Source of the DNA: a virus
Reading direction: 5' to 3' (one strand)
IMG/VR virus record: IMGVR_UViG_3300021440_000017
Span: 523 to 64,522 of that record
Length of the DNA: 64,000 nucleotides
Part shown: one piece after another, positions 54,814 through 63,664 of the stretch
Layout: each line of letters opens with the position of its first letter
Numbering within the stretch: the stretch's first letter is position 1
Made by a program: the position numbers and the translations under genes
The notes under the pieces: generated by a model
Databases searched by the model: none
What the model saw: the letters and a program-made list of their open reading frames with translations, nothing else
Told to the model about the DNA's origin: nothing

Positions 54814-55887
54814 ATGAACGTAAACCCCGTTGAGCAGTTCCCCACCGCCGTGCTCTGGAAAGACCTGATGAGTCCCGAGGGCATTGTCGCCATGTCCAAG
54901 ACACTTGGTCCCGGCACCGTGTTCTTTCTCAATGCGGAACCTCGTGACTACGAGGAGTTCCGTGCGCTCGGCATCGACGTGCGCCCGCGGTCACAGGTGT
55001 CTACGTCGCTGGTCACCGTGGAACGACCAGGGCAGACGCAGATAACGGCGACTACGAGCGCGGCGTCCGCAGTCATGGGCAAGTCGTGGTCGCTGATCTG
55101 CGACGCCGGAGTCCGCACGTTCGTCGTCGAGAACGGCAAGGTGTGGTCCTCAGTGTGCAAACAGCGCAAGCTCATGGGTGTGCCCGACAAGTTCGAGATT
55201 TCTGATTACCCGACACGGTGCATGCGCAACGCCTGCGACTACCACTTCGACGCGCTGGCTCCGAAGCACGGCAGCGAGAACCTGGAACTCCCGAACTTCA
55301 GGAAGTTCGAGGTGCCCACGGAACTCGCATCGACAGTGGAAGACGTGCGCGTAGCGCTGCTCACGAAGCTGCAACGTGAGGAAGCAGGGTACGCAACAGG
55401 CGTCAATCGTCAACGGTATCCGAACACGCCGTTCAAGACCACGAGGTCAGTGCTACTGCGCAAGCACTGCAACATCCGGGCGTACAACTGGCAAGCGAAC
55501 CTGCAAGGGAGCTACGAAGACGTGGAGTGCGCGGATGATCCCACGTGGATGACTCCGTACTCGGAAGCAGGTGTATTCGCTCGTGAACTGCTGCCGAAGA
55601 TCGTCGGGGTCGAGTGGCAAGACATCGGCCAGATCATCCTGTCGAAGCTGCCGGCCGGAGAGGTCATCACCACGCACTGGGACGCCGGCTACTACTTCGA
55701 GTTCTACAACCGGTACCACTTCGTCCTCGATACGAACGACGACTGTGACTTCATGATCCGGGACGAGACAACGAACATGAAGGTTGGGAGCATCTACCGC
55801 ATCAACAACATCGTCCGGCACTCAGTGGCAAACCGGGGCACCACGGACCGTTATCACGTGGTCGTGGACGCGAGGTACCGTCGATGA
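54814..55887 (+). CDS. protein with C-terminal Asp/Asn beta-hydroxylase-like 2OG domain
   Basis: ITTHWD...RYH.VL...G.IYRINN..RHSVAN...DRYHVVVD. Confidence 0.8.
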   Translation: MNVNPVEQFPTAVLWKDLMSPEGIVAMSKTLGPGTVFFLNAEPRDYEEFRALGIDVRPRSQVSTSLVTVERPGQTQITATTSAASAVMGKSWSLICDAGVRTFVVENGKVWSSVCKQRKLMGVPDKFEISDYPTRCMRNACDYHFDALAPKHGSENLELPNFRKFEVPTELASTVEDVRVALLTKLQREEAGYATGVNRQRYPNTPFKTTRSVLLRKHCNIRAYNWQANLQGSYEDVECADDPTWMTPYSEAGVFARELLPKIVGVEWQDIGQIILSKLPAGEVITTHWDAGYYFEFYNRYHFVLDTNDDCDFMIRDETTNMKVGSIYRINNIVRHSVANRGTTDRYHVVVDARYRR

Positions 55888-57461
55888 CTGACGCAGTGGT
55901 GTTCGCGGGGTACTCCCGTGCGGCAATCGGGGTGAAGCCAGCGGGAGCACACATCATCGCCAACGTGTTTCGCCGTGCAGGACTCACTGCTGTCGTCATA
56001 GACATGTGCACGGTGCTCACCCGGGAGCAACGGCAGAAGCTGTTGCGTTCGCACGTGACGCCGTACACGAAGTTCGTGTGCCTGAGCACCACGTTGTTTG
56101 GGCTTGCCGGCGACATGGTTACGGAGATCGAGGAGGTGGATGCGAGCATGACCACGATGTTCGGAACCCTGCGGCGTCGCGCGCCGGCAGCGACGTTCAT
56201 CATAGGCGGGTCGAAGGTCACAGCGGGTGACCGCACGACCATGGACTTCGACTACGGAGTGATCGGGCAAGGCGAAACGACGTTGCTGGCAATCGTGAAC
56301 CACGTGCTGTACGGTGATCCCCTGGTCACGGACTTCACGGTGAACAACGTGCGGTACGTCAGCGACAAGACCTACCCGTACGGGACGTACAACACGGATG
56401 ATCTCCTGGAGTTCACGGCGGATGACGGAGTAGCTCCGGGAGAGACGCTACCACTGGAGTTCGGTCGCGGCTGCGTGTTCAAGTGCAGCTACTGCATGTA
56501 CGCGCTGACCGGCAAGGAGTTTGGTGACTACACGAAGCCCGCGAAGCTGCTGGCCGATGCCATGCGCCGGAATTACGAGCGCTTCGGGACCACCAGGTAC
56601 GTGCTGACCGACGACACGGTGAACGACAGCCTGGAGAAGGCCCGCGTGTGGGAAACGGCAGTGTCCATGCTGGACTTCCCGGTTGAGTTCGGCGGGTACA
56701 TGAGGCTCGAACTGTTCCACAAGTACCCGGAACTCATCGAGTTGTACGCGCGCACGGGGCTGCGCGCGGTGAACTTCGGCGTCGAAACCTTCAACAAGGT
56801 CGCGGGCTCAGCCGTCGGCAAGGGGTTCGGAGAACGCGGCCGTGACACGCTGCTGGCGCTGCGTGCTGCCTGGGGTGACAACGTACACGTGTCCACGAAC
56901 TTCATCATCGGATTGCCGACGGAGACAGAGGAGCAGATACGAGCAGATGCCGAGTGGCTCCGAAGAACTCGTGCCTGTCACTCTGCCACGTACTACAAGC
57001 TGCTGGTGGCCCGTGACCGGTCACAGCAGGGATTCGGACCGGAGTACGCCGGCTACTACCGCGAGACGGACGAGCCGTTGCCTCCGCAACTGGACTGGAC
57101 AGCGTACCTGCGTCGGTACATCAACTGGAAGTCCCCGTGCATGTCGTTGGCGCAAGCTCATCGGTTGCAAGTGGACCTGAACACCAAGTGGGAGAACTGG
57201 CGGTGGAGTCTCGACGCGACCGTTAGCGCCTTCGGCTTCATGGCGCTGCGTCGCTGGTACTCTCAGCACGAGTTGACGCACAGCACGCGCGTAGGCTACG
57301 CCGAGCACCTACGGGAAATCGCGGAACTCCGGCGTGACACGTACGCGGCACTCATGGCCGAAGTGCCCTCGACAAGGGGTAACCCGATACGTGTCACGCC
57401 CAAGATCGTGCCTGCTTCGTCGCTGGCGTTCGTGAACAAGTGGGACAAGCGAAAGGTCTGA
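55884..57461 (+). CDS. radical SAM enzyme with N-terminal B12-binding-like domain
   Basis: EFGRGCVFKCSYC (CxxxCxxC), DDTVN, FGVET, FIIGLPTET; N-terminal FIIGG. Confidence 0.85.
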   Translation: MTDAVVFAGYSRAAIGVKPAGAHIIANVFRRAGLTAVVIDMCTVLTREQRQKLLRSHVTPYTKFVCLSTTLFGLAGDMVTEIEEVDASMTTMFGTLRRRAPAATFIIGGSKVTAGDRTTMDFDYGVIGQGETTLLAIVNHVLYGDPLVTDFTVNNVRYVSDKTYPYGTYNTDDLLEFTADDGVAPGETLPLEFGRGCVFKCSYCMYALTGKEFGDYTKPAKLLADAMRRNYERFGTTRYVLTDDTVNDSLEKARVWETAVSMLDFPVEFGGYMRLELFHKYPELIELYARTGLRAVNFGVETFNKVAGSAVGKGFGERGRDTLLALRAAWGDNVHVSTNFIIGLPTETEEQIRADAEWLRRTRACHSATYYKLLVARDRSQQGFGPEYAGYYRETDEPLPPQLDWTAYLRRYINWKSPCMSLAQAHRLQVDLNTKWENWRWSLDATVSAFGFMALRRWYSQHELTHSTRVGYAEHLREIAELRRDTYAALMAEVPSTRGNPIRVTPKIVPASSLAFVNKWDKRKV

Positions 57462-57462
57462 C

Positions 57463-58017
57463 ATGGATTTCGGAGCGGACTTCCGATTGCTGGAAGCAGA
57501 AGTACCGGCACGGTTGTGCCTTCGTGCGGTTGCCGAGATACAAGAGCGTGCAGCCGCTGGGGACTTCGACAACGTAGACAACCGCGCGCGGCATCGGCTG
57601 TATCCCGAGTTGGCCGAAGCGGATGTCGTGTACCTACGAGCCCCTGTACTTCAGGGACAGCCCGGTGTGCGCGGCGACATACTGGACTGTGAGAACACGC
57701 CGGCGGTGGCGAAGTTCCCTTGGTGCTGGGTTGCACTGAGAACGGCGCTACCAGACGCCGTGTTCGGTCGTGTGATGGTCTCCCGTGTGGACGGTCCCGG
57801 TCGAGTAGCCACGCACGTGGACGCTGGTGCCATGGCCGTGCAACACCGAAGGCACCATGTGTGTCTCACAGTGGAAGACGCGGAGTTCACGGTGGGTACC
57901 ACGACAGTGAGGATGGAGCCGGGGTCCGTGTGGGAGATCAACAACCGACGGCCGCACTCGGTCACGAACCACAAAGGGCTACGGTTGCACCTGATCGCTG
58001 ACGTGGTTCCACGCTAA
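57463..58017 (+). CDS. Asp/Asn beta-hydroxylase-like 2OG-Fe(II) oxygenase
   Basis: VATHVD...RHHVCL...PGSVWEINN.RPHSVTN...RLHLIAD. Confidence 0.85.
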   Translation: MDFGADFRLLEAEVPARLCLRAVAEIQERAAAGDFDNVDNRARHRLYPELAEADVVYLRAPVLQGQPGVRGDILDCENTPAVAKFPWCWVALRTALPDAVFGRVMVSRVDGPGRVATHVDAGAMAVQHRRHHVCLTVEDAEFTVGTTTVRMEPGSVWEINNRRPHSVTNHKGLRLHLIADVVPR

Positions 58018-58047
58018 TTTCAGAGCACCTGTGAAAGAGAGGCTGCA

Positions 58048-58371
58048 ATGGCTTACCAGATCAAAGTGCAAGTGACGAAGACGAAGCCCGGCGCGAGATT
58101 CCTGCGGGAAGTGCCGGTGGACGAACCGACGCGCAAAGCCGTGTACGACCTGTACGGGATCAAGGACGTGGCGACCGGCTACCTGGGTCGAACGTACACG
58201 AGTGACGACACCGGTGCGACCGAGACACTGACCGAGACGTGGGAGTCGAAGGCCGCGTGGCTGGCGTACCGGAAAGCGAACGCTGCGGCGGCCACGGCAG
58301 CGGACAAAGCAGGAGCAGCGTTTCACAAGGCGGAGGGCAACACGCTGTTGATTACCACCGTCGTAACCTGA
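58048..58371 (+). CDS. small protein, possible dimeric alpha+beta barrel (ABM-like)
   Basis: TETWESKAAW.AY; GAGG SD. Confidence 0.45.
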   Translation: MAYQIKVQVTKTKPGARFLREVPVDEPTRKAVYDLYGIKDVATGYLGRTYTSDDTGATETLTETWESKAAWLAYRKANAAAATAADKAGAAFHKAEGNTLLITTVVT

Positions 58372-58400
58372 AGGAGCCTACCGTGCAAGGTTCACCTGTA

Positions 58401-58748
58401 ATGGACTTCCTTGCCGGCGTTCTCAACTACACGGACCCCGCGACGTTCGGGGCCGGAATCACCGGAGCGTCGATCTACTACGTGCTGTTCGCGGATCGCG
58501 GTCGCTGGGCAAACATCGCGTTGTTCCTAATCTCGATACCCGTAGCGCTGCACGTGTCTCCGATCTTCGCGGTGAAGACCGGGCTGCACGGAAGCGGTGT
58601 TGCGCTGTTCACTGGAGCACTAGGACTCATGTTCATCGAGAAGCTCGCGTTCTACACGAGGCATCCGTCGGCGTTCATCAAGACGCTGCGCGATGCACGT
58701 GCTGCGTTACGACACGACACAGGAGGCGGTGATGACGCTCGACCCTAG
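58401..58748 (+). CDS. holin-like three-TM membrane protein
   Basis: Three hydrophobic helices, basic C-terminus; TAATTTCA motif about 380 nt upstream. Confidence 0.5.
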   Translation: MDFLAGVLNYTDPATFGAGITGASIYYVLFADRGRWANIALFLISIPVALHVSPIFAVKTGLHGSGVALFTGALGLMFIEKLAFYTRHPSAFIKTLRDARAALRHDTGGGDDARP

Positions 58749-59130
58749 CATGATTACGGAGACGTACATGGTCATCGTGACGATCACACACGTGCTATTC
58801 GCAGTCATCGTCCTGCGGCTCTACCAGTTGGTGAAAGCTGCGGGGTTCGGAGAGCAATCGTGGGCACTCAGGATCGGGGTGATCCTCATCGTCGCCGGAA
58901 CGCTGACGCTGGCGATGATCCCGACGACGTTGCCAGCGGTAGCCACCGTCAAGGACGTGAGCATGGACGTGCTCATCTGGTCGCTGCTGCGAACCCTCGG
59001 GCTCATCATCGTGTGCTCACTGATCTTCACGAACATCGCGCGGTTCAAGCCGTGGGACGGACACAGCGAGCGACGCACGGGTCTGACAAGACCGGCGACG
59101 CTTGACGACCGAGTGAACTCCCGCCACTGA
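58732..59130 (+). CDS. three-TM membrane protein (holin/antiholin-like)
   Basis: Hydrophobic helices; C-terminal WDG..ERR; AGGAGG SD. Confidence 0.5.
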   Translation: MTLDPSMITETYMVIVTITHVLFAVIVLRLYQLVKAAGFGEQSWALRIGVILIVAGTLTLAMIPTTLPAVATVKDVSMDVLIWSLLRTLGLIIVCSLIFTNIARFKPWDGHSERRTGLTRPATLDDRVNSRH

Positions 59131-59143
59131 GACGTTGCCATTG

Positions 59144-59175
59144 GCCGGGCTGGCGCAAGTCACCCCGGCTTTTTT
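59144..59175 (+). terminator. rho-independent terminator
   Basis: GCCGGGCTG-N8-CACCCCGGC followed by T6. Confidence 0.75.
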
Positions 59176-59230
59176 CACGCCCAAATCGAGTGGGTAAATG
59201 CGGTTACGGATCAACCGCTTTGGAGCATTC

Positions 59231-60568
59231 ATGGGACTACGTATCGTTGTGAGCGACGCCGGCTACTACCCGTCCTTGGTAGACCGTCTCGTCTCCGAGG
59301 GACACACCGTACATCTGACGATGCCGAACTTGCCGCCGGGTGCAACGCTGGGCTACCTTCCCGGAGACGGCACGTACATGACGGATGAACAAGTGGTGCT
59401 CGCTGCCGTCGCCAACAGCATCGACCTGTACGTCGGCTTCGAGTTGGGCGACACGCTGGGCACGACGCTGCGGATGTTCGATCTGCCGGTGCTGATGCAC
59501 GACGAATCGGCCTTCCGTCTGGAGACGAACCGCGCGCTCGGCGCAGCGTTCATCCAGCACCGAGTCTCCGGTGTCCGCGTTGCCAAGGCACAGACGTTCG
59601 ACTCGTTGCCGGAAGTCAAGAAGTTCCTGGCGGGCAGCAAGAGCAAGCTCGTGGTGAAGCCGGCTCCGAACTCCGTCGGTCAGGCAGACAACGACCTGCG
59701 ATGCCACTTCAGCACACCGCCTCATCGCAACACGTTGGCGCTCGTGGCCGAAGATGGCGGGTACTTCGACGAAGACGGACAGGGTAGCGTTCGCATCGAG
59801 GAGTTCCTCCCTGGTGTGGAAACATGTGTGGGTTGCATGTTCGACGGCACGAAGTTCGACACCGTGTTCTACATCTGCCATGAGCACAAGGATGCGCAGA
59901 ACGATAGCCGCAGTGGCGTGCTCACGGGGGAGGTCGGCAGCACGCTGACATGGCACCACCGTGTACAGAATCCAGTGGTGGACGCGCTGCTGGACGAAGT
60001 GGCGCAGAGCCTGAAGGGCACTGGTGCGGGGTTCATCGACCTGAACCTCATGCTTGACCCCAAGAGGAAGACCGTGACGCTGATCGAGTGGACGGTGCGT
60101 TGGGGACGCCCGACAATGGAACTGGTGCTCGCCACGTACATGGGCGATTTCGGTGCCTACCTGCACAGGGCAGCGGCGGGCAAAATCGGCACGGTGGTCG
60201 CGGATTACGCGAAGGCAGCCCTGGGTATCGTGGTCTACCCATACGGCTATCCGTTGGTGCCAGGCAACGAGAAGCCACAGCAGTACCCTCCGTGCTTCAA
60301 GAAAACCAAGGGCGCTGCGCTGTACCCGCTGACGTGTGTGCGGCTGACCCCCACGACGTACATCGCGCAGGATCGGTACGCGGTGGCGGTCGCGGTGGCA
60401 GACACGATACCGAACACGGAGGAGCAAGTGCTGATGCTGCAAGCACGAGCAACGGCGCTAGCCGCTCGTATGGACATTCCAGGCAACACATGGCGTGACG
60501 ACATCGGCAGCCATTGGCTCGACGACCTGGAAACCGCACGTATCTGCCTGGGGCTCAACCGTGGTTAA
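59231..60568 (+). CDS. ATP-grasp amide ligase, PurD/GARS-like but divergent
   Basis: LVVKP, IEEFLPG.E, EHK......G.LTGE.GS, LIEW.VRWG.P; lacks GSGGREH. Confidence 0.8.
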   Translation: MGLRIVVSDAGYYPSLVDRLVSEGHTVHLTMPNLPPGATLGYLPGDGTYMTDEQVVLAAVANSIDLYVGFELGDTLGTTLRMFDLPVLMHDESAFRLETNRALGAAFIQHRVSGVRVAKAQTFDSLPEVKKFLAGSKSKLVVKPAPNSVGQADNDLRCHFSTPPHRNTLALVAEDGGYFDEDGQGSVRIEEFLPGVETCVGCMFDGTKFDTVFYICHEHKDAQNDSRSGVLTGEVGSTLTWHHRVQNPVVDALLDEVAQSLKGTGAGFIDLNLMLDPKRKTVTLIEWTVRWGRPTMELVLATYMGDFGAYLHRAAAGKIGTVVADYAKAALGIVVYPYGYPLVPGNEKPQQYPPCFKKTKGAALYPLTCVRLTPTTYIAQDRYAVAVAVADTIPNTEEQVLMLQARATALAARMDIPGNTWRDDIGSHWLDDLETARICLGLNRG

Positions 60569-61544
60569 CGAGACGACAGTCAGAGCCCTGGTGAACCAGG
60601 CGGATGCGGTGCCCCCTTTGGTACACGCCACCGTGGTCAAGCTCGTGGAAATAGAAGCGGGGCTCAACGCCGTGCTCAAGCCCGAGTTGGAACTGCTGCT
60701 GGACGAGCGTGTACTCCTCGTGGACGGTACAGCGAGAATGCAGTGGCGCGATGACATGTGGCATCCGTTCTTTCACGATCTGATTCCGTTTCCGGACTGG
60801 GACGTCGATGCACAGTCACTCGACCTCGTACTCGGGCACTGCGACGATGGCAAGACCGGGTTCAACCTCTACGGGTTCACCGAGGACATTGAATCCGTGC
60901 ACGAGCTTGCGGTGGAAACCGAAATCCACGTGTTCACGAGGGCCACGAGTGCTCCGCTAGCCCGGCTGAACTCGAAGCAACGGAATGCCATCGGCAACAC
61001 GGCGATACCCGAGGGCATGACGTTGCACCCGTGCGTTGACTCGTCGGTGTACCGGTTGCTTCCGCTCATGGTCAGTTCCTGGGTGTACAAGCACAACGTG
61101 GACGACGTGGGCAACCTCGTGCAAGAGATTTGTTCGTGGACGTACGTGGCCGAAGCGGCGAAGATGAACAGAGCCTGGCTGTGGATGCTGAAGTACGAGG
61201 AACAGCCGGTGTCGCTGATCGGCTTGGTACAGCACGACGAAGACACTGCGGTGTTCCAAGCGTTCTGGCAACTGCCCTTCGACTACGGGCTGAACAACGG
61301 ATACGATCCGAAGCGGCCGTTGGGCACGCTCATGCTCGCAAACGCGCTGACCACAGTGTCTCTTCAAGGCTTCGACACTGTGCTCACATGGCCGTCCTTT
61401 ACCGGACCCGGAGAGCCCATGAGCTACGAAGCGTACAAGCGCAAGTTCAGCAACGAACGCCGCGCCGCGTACTCGTACTACGGGACACACGGCAAAGCCA
61501 CACCACCGTACTATGACCTGACAACCAAGGAGCTACGCAAGTGA
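60561..61544 (+). CDS. GNAT-fold protein (Acetyltransf_6/FemAB-like)
   Basis: LGTLML.NAL...G......G..YEAYKRKF; GTG start overlapping upstream stop. Confidence 0.55.
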   Translation: MVNETTVRALVNQADAVPPLVHATVVKLVEIEAGLNAVLKPELELLLDERVLLVDGTARMQWRDDMWHPFFHDLIPFPDWDVDAQSLDLVLGHCDDGKTGFNLYGFTEDIESVHELAVETEIHVFTRATSAPLARLNSKQRNAIGNTAIPEGMTLHPCVDSSVYRLLPLMVSSWVYKHNVDDVGNLVQEICSWTYVAEAAKMNRAWLWMLKYEEQPVSLIGLVQHDEDTAVFQAFWQLPFDYGLNNGYDPKRPLGTLMLANALTTVSLQGFDTVLTWPSFTGPGEPMSYEAYKRKFSNERRAAYSYYGTHGKATPPYYDLTTKELRK

Positions 61545-62455
61545 AACCGTTGAAGATCGTGAAGGACTGGGACCACGTGTACGAGCACGCGGCGCTGTAC
61601 CGAATGGGTTTCGGACACGGGCCGGCGCACATCGCGTACGAGACGGTGCTGATGCTGCAAGTCCTCGACCGCGTGCTGAACACTGTGGACCCGATCACCG
61701 TGCTCGAACTCGGTTCGGGTCCGCGTTCGTTCTACAAGGACGCGTTCTTGCGCTACGCGCCGACTGCGCTGAAAGCTCCGGTTGCCAAGTACCTAGGCTC
61801 CGACTTCGTGGTCGAGCCGGGCGTTCGCGATGTGATCCCCTGGGACTTCACCAAGGTGCTGAAGACGAAGCTCCGCGTGAACGTCGTACTGATGCCCTAC
61901 TACCTCGTGAACTCGCTGATGGACTTCACGACGTTCAAGCCCATGAGTCAGCCACTGGTGCAGCAGTTCTGGAACTCGGTGTCCACAGTGCTCGAGCCCG
62001 GTGGCTTGCTCGTGGCGCACACGCCGTACCAGTCTGAGGCGAAGCGCGACCGGTGGAAACGCGAGAGGTTCATACAGCACGCGCTGATCGGCTACCACTT
62101 GGTGCCCGAAGTGGAAGCCGTGTTCGGCTTGCAACCAGGCACGTTGAAGACCCCGGTGTTCTACAAGTCGCACAGGTCAGTTGGGCACGACGACGTGTAC
62201 AACTGGGACACCGTGCGGCGCATCGTCATCAACGGGGAGACCACACGAGGTCAGCCTGTATCGCTGGAAGCACGGTTCCGCAAGTCCACGCTGTACTACC
62301 CGGTGGGCAAAATCCAGTACGTGCAGTCGCAGAAGCTCGTACCTGTGGCGAAGTTCTTGGATGCCGAGCGTGCGGACTTCGAGGACCTGGTGACACCGGT
62401 AGCTCTCAAGGCCTTCACGGACACGCAGTATTGGACGGTGTACCGCAATGCCTGA
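61541..62455 (+). CDS. class I SAM-dependent methyltransferase
   Basis: VLELGSGP motif I, YLGSD, VLEPGGLLV. Confidence 0.75.
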   Translation: MKPLKIVKDWDHVYEHAALYRMGFGHGPAHIAYETVLMLQVLDRVLNTVDPITVLELGSGPRSFYKDAFLRYAPTALKAPVAKYLGSDFVVEPGVRDVIPWDFTKVLKTKLRVNVVLMPYYLVNSLMDFTTFKPMSQPLVQQFWNSVSTVLEPGGLLVAHTPYQSEAKRDRWKRERFIQHALIGYHLVPEVEAVFGLQPGTLKTPVFYKSHRSVGHDDVYNWDTVRRIVINGETTRGQPVSLEARFRKSTLYYPVGKIQYVQSQKLVPVAKFLDAERADFEDLVTPVALKAFTDTQYWTVYRNA

Positions 62456-62918
62456 CGTGACGCTGTACGAAATCGAGTACGACCAGACCGTAGACACCGT
62501 GTACGATCTGCTGTCGTTGCTCGAAGAGTACCCTGTAGGCTGTGCGCCTGAAGACGTGGCACACTGGATGTCCAACTGGGATCGCTTCCGCATTGTGCTG
62601 GCCTACCGAAGGGGTAAACCAGTGGGGTTCGCCGTGGTGTTCGTCACACCCGGCTACAAAGAGATGCCCTTCGATGTGAACCACGTGCTGCTCGACGTGC
62701 TGTACGTTAGAGCCCGCTACCGTGGTCAGAACATCGGGCAGGTACTTGTGGACTACGTGAAGTCCGAGTACCCATCGGGATTCACCGTGCGCACGGACGT
62801 GGCCGACGCCATTCGCTTCTACAAGCGTGAAGGCTTTCGCGTGCTACAAACGGAGCCGCATGCGCTGGAACTAGGCACAACAGGGACGAGACTAGCATGG
62901 CAACCGAAGAAGCGATGA
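62448..62918 (+). CDS. GNAT acetyltransferase
   Basis: LYVRARYRGQNIG..L; AIRFYKREGF. Confidence 0.9.
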   Translation: MPDVTLYEIEYDQTVDTVYDLLSLLEEYPVGCAPEDVAHWMSNWDRFRIVLAYRRGKPVGFAVVFVTPGYKEMPFDVNHVLLDVLYVRARYRGQNIGQVLVDYVKSEYPSGFTVRTDVADAIRFYKREGFRVLQTEPHALELGTTGTRLAWQPKKR

Positions 62919-63664
62919 GCGTAGGGGACTCGAAGGTCGAGCACGCCGTCCGCACGCTAGCGAAGATGGCGCAGGTCTATGGGGCTCACGAGTTCCAGAT
63001 GCAGTACGAGCACTTCAGCATCGGCGAGTTGCCTTACGAGGTCAGAGAGACAGGAGATCGTGGGTTCATCCCCATACCGTTCGCTCAGATGGAGTTTCCG
63101 GCAGAGTGGGAGACCGTGCTCAACGCGCTAGGTCAAGAACGAGCGTCGCTTATCCGGGTCGTAGACGATGGGTCCTCGGACTGCGTGGTGGACGTACCCG
63201 CAACCAAGGAACTGCTGTGGAAGCAGCAGCGGAGATTCGCACGCACATGGGTCGAGAACCTGGTATTCACGACGGAGGCGCCTGCGACATCCGTGATCGA
63301 AGAACTGCTGGAGTCGAACAAGAAGCGGTGGCTAGCCCGAGGTATCGTCCAAGAACCTGGCTCCCTGGCGACGACGCTACTGCGGTTGGCACACGTCTTC
63401 GGTCCACGTACCGTCTACTACGTGTGGGACGCCTCTAAACTCATCGCCGTGATCGAGACGCAGGATCTTCCATCGGGACCGACGTATTGGGTAAATACCT
63501 ACCTATGCGCGGACGCCAACCGTAGTGGTCTTGGCAACACGTGCCTGCTGTACCTGATGCTTCAGCATCTAGGGCACTCCGTAGACCTTGGAATCTCGAT
63601 CCTGGAGTACAAAGCGCTGTGGAAACCACGTATCACGTCTGTCAAGGGGTTTGACTGGCTATGA
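62915..63664 (+). CDS. GNAT-fold protein (Acetyltransf_6-like)
   Basis: GLGNTCLL.L...VDLGIS..EYKALW; ATGA overlap (alternative start 62897). Confidence 0.6.
   Translation: MSVGDSKVEHAVRTLAKMAQVYGAHEFQMQYEHFSIGELPYEVRETGDRGFIPIPFAQMEFPAEWETVLNALGQERASLIRVVDDGSSDCVVDVPATKELLWKQQRRFARTWVENLVFTTEAPATSVIEELLESNKKRWLARGIVQEPGSLATTLLRLAHVFGPRTVYYVWDASKLIAVIETQDLPSGPTYWVNTYLCADANRSGLGNTCLLYLMLQHLGHSVDLGISILEYKALWKPRITSVKGFDWL

Noticed and set aside
59231-60568. Annotation as true purD
   Set aside because: Missing the N-terminal GSGGREH substrate loop, altered EFN/RFGDPE motif, no other pur genes nearby
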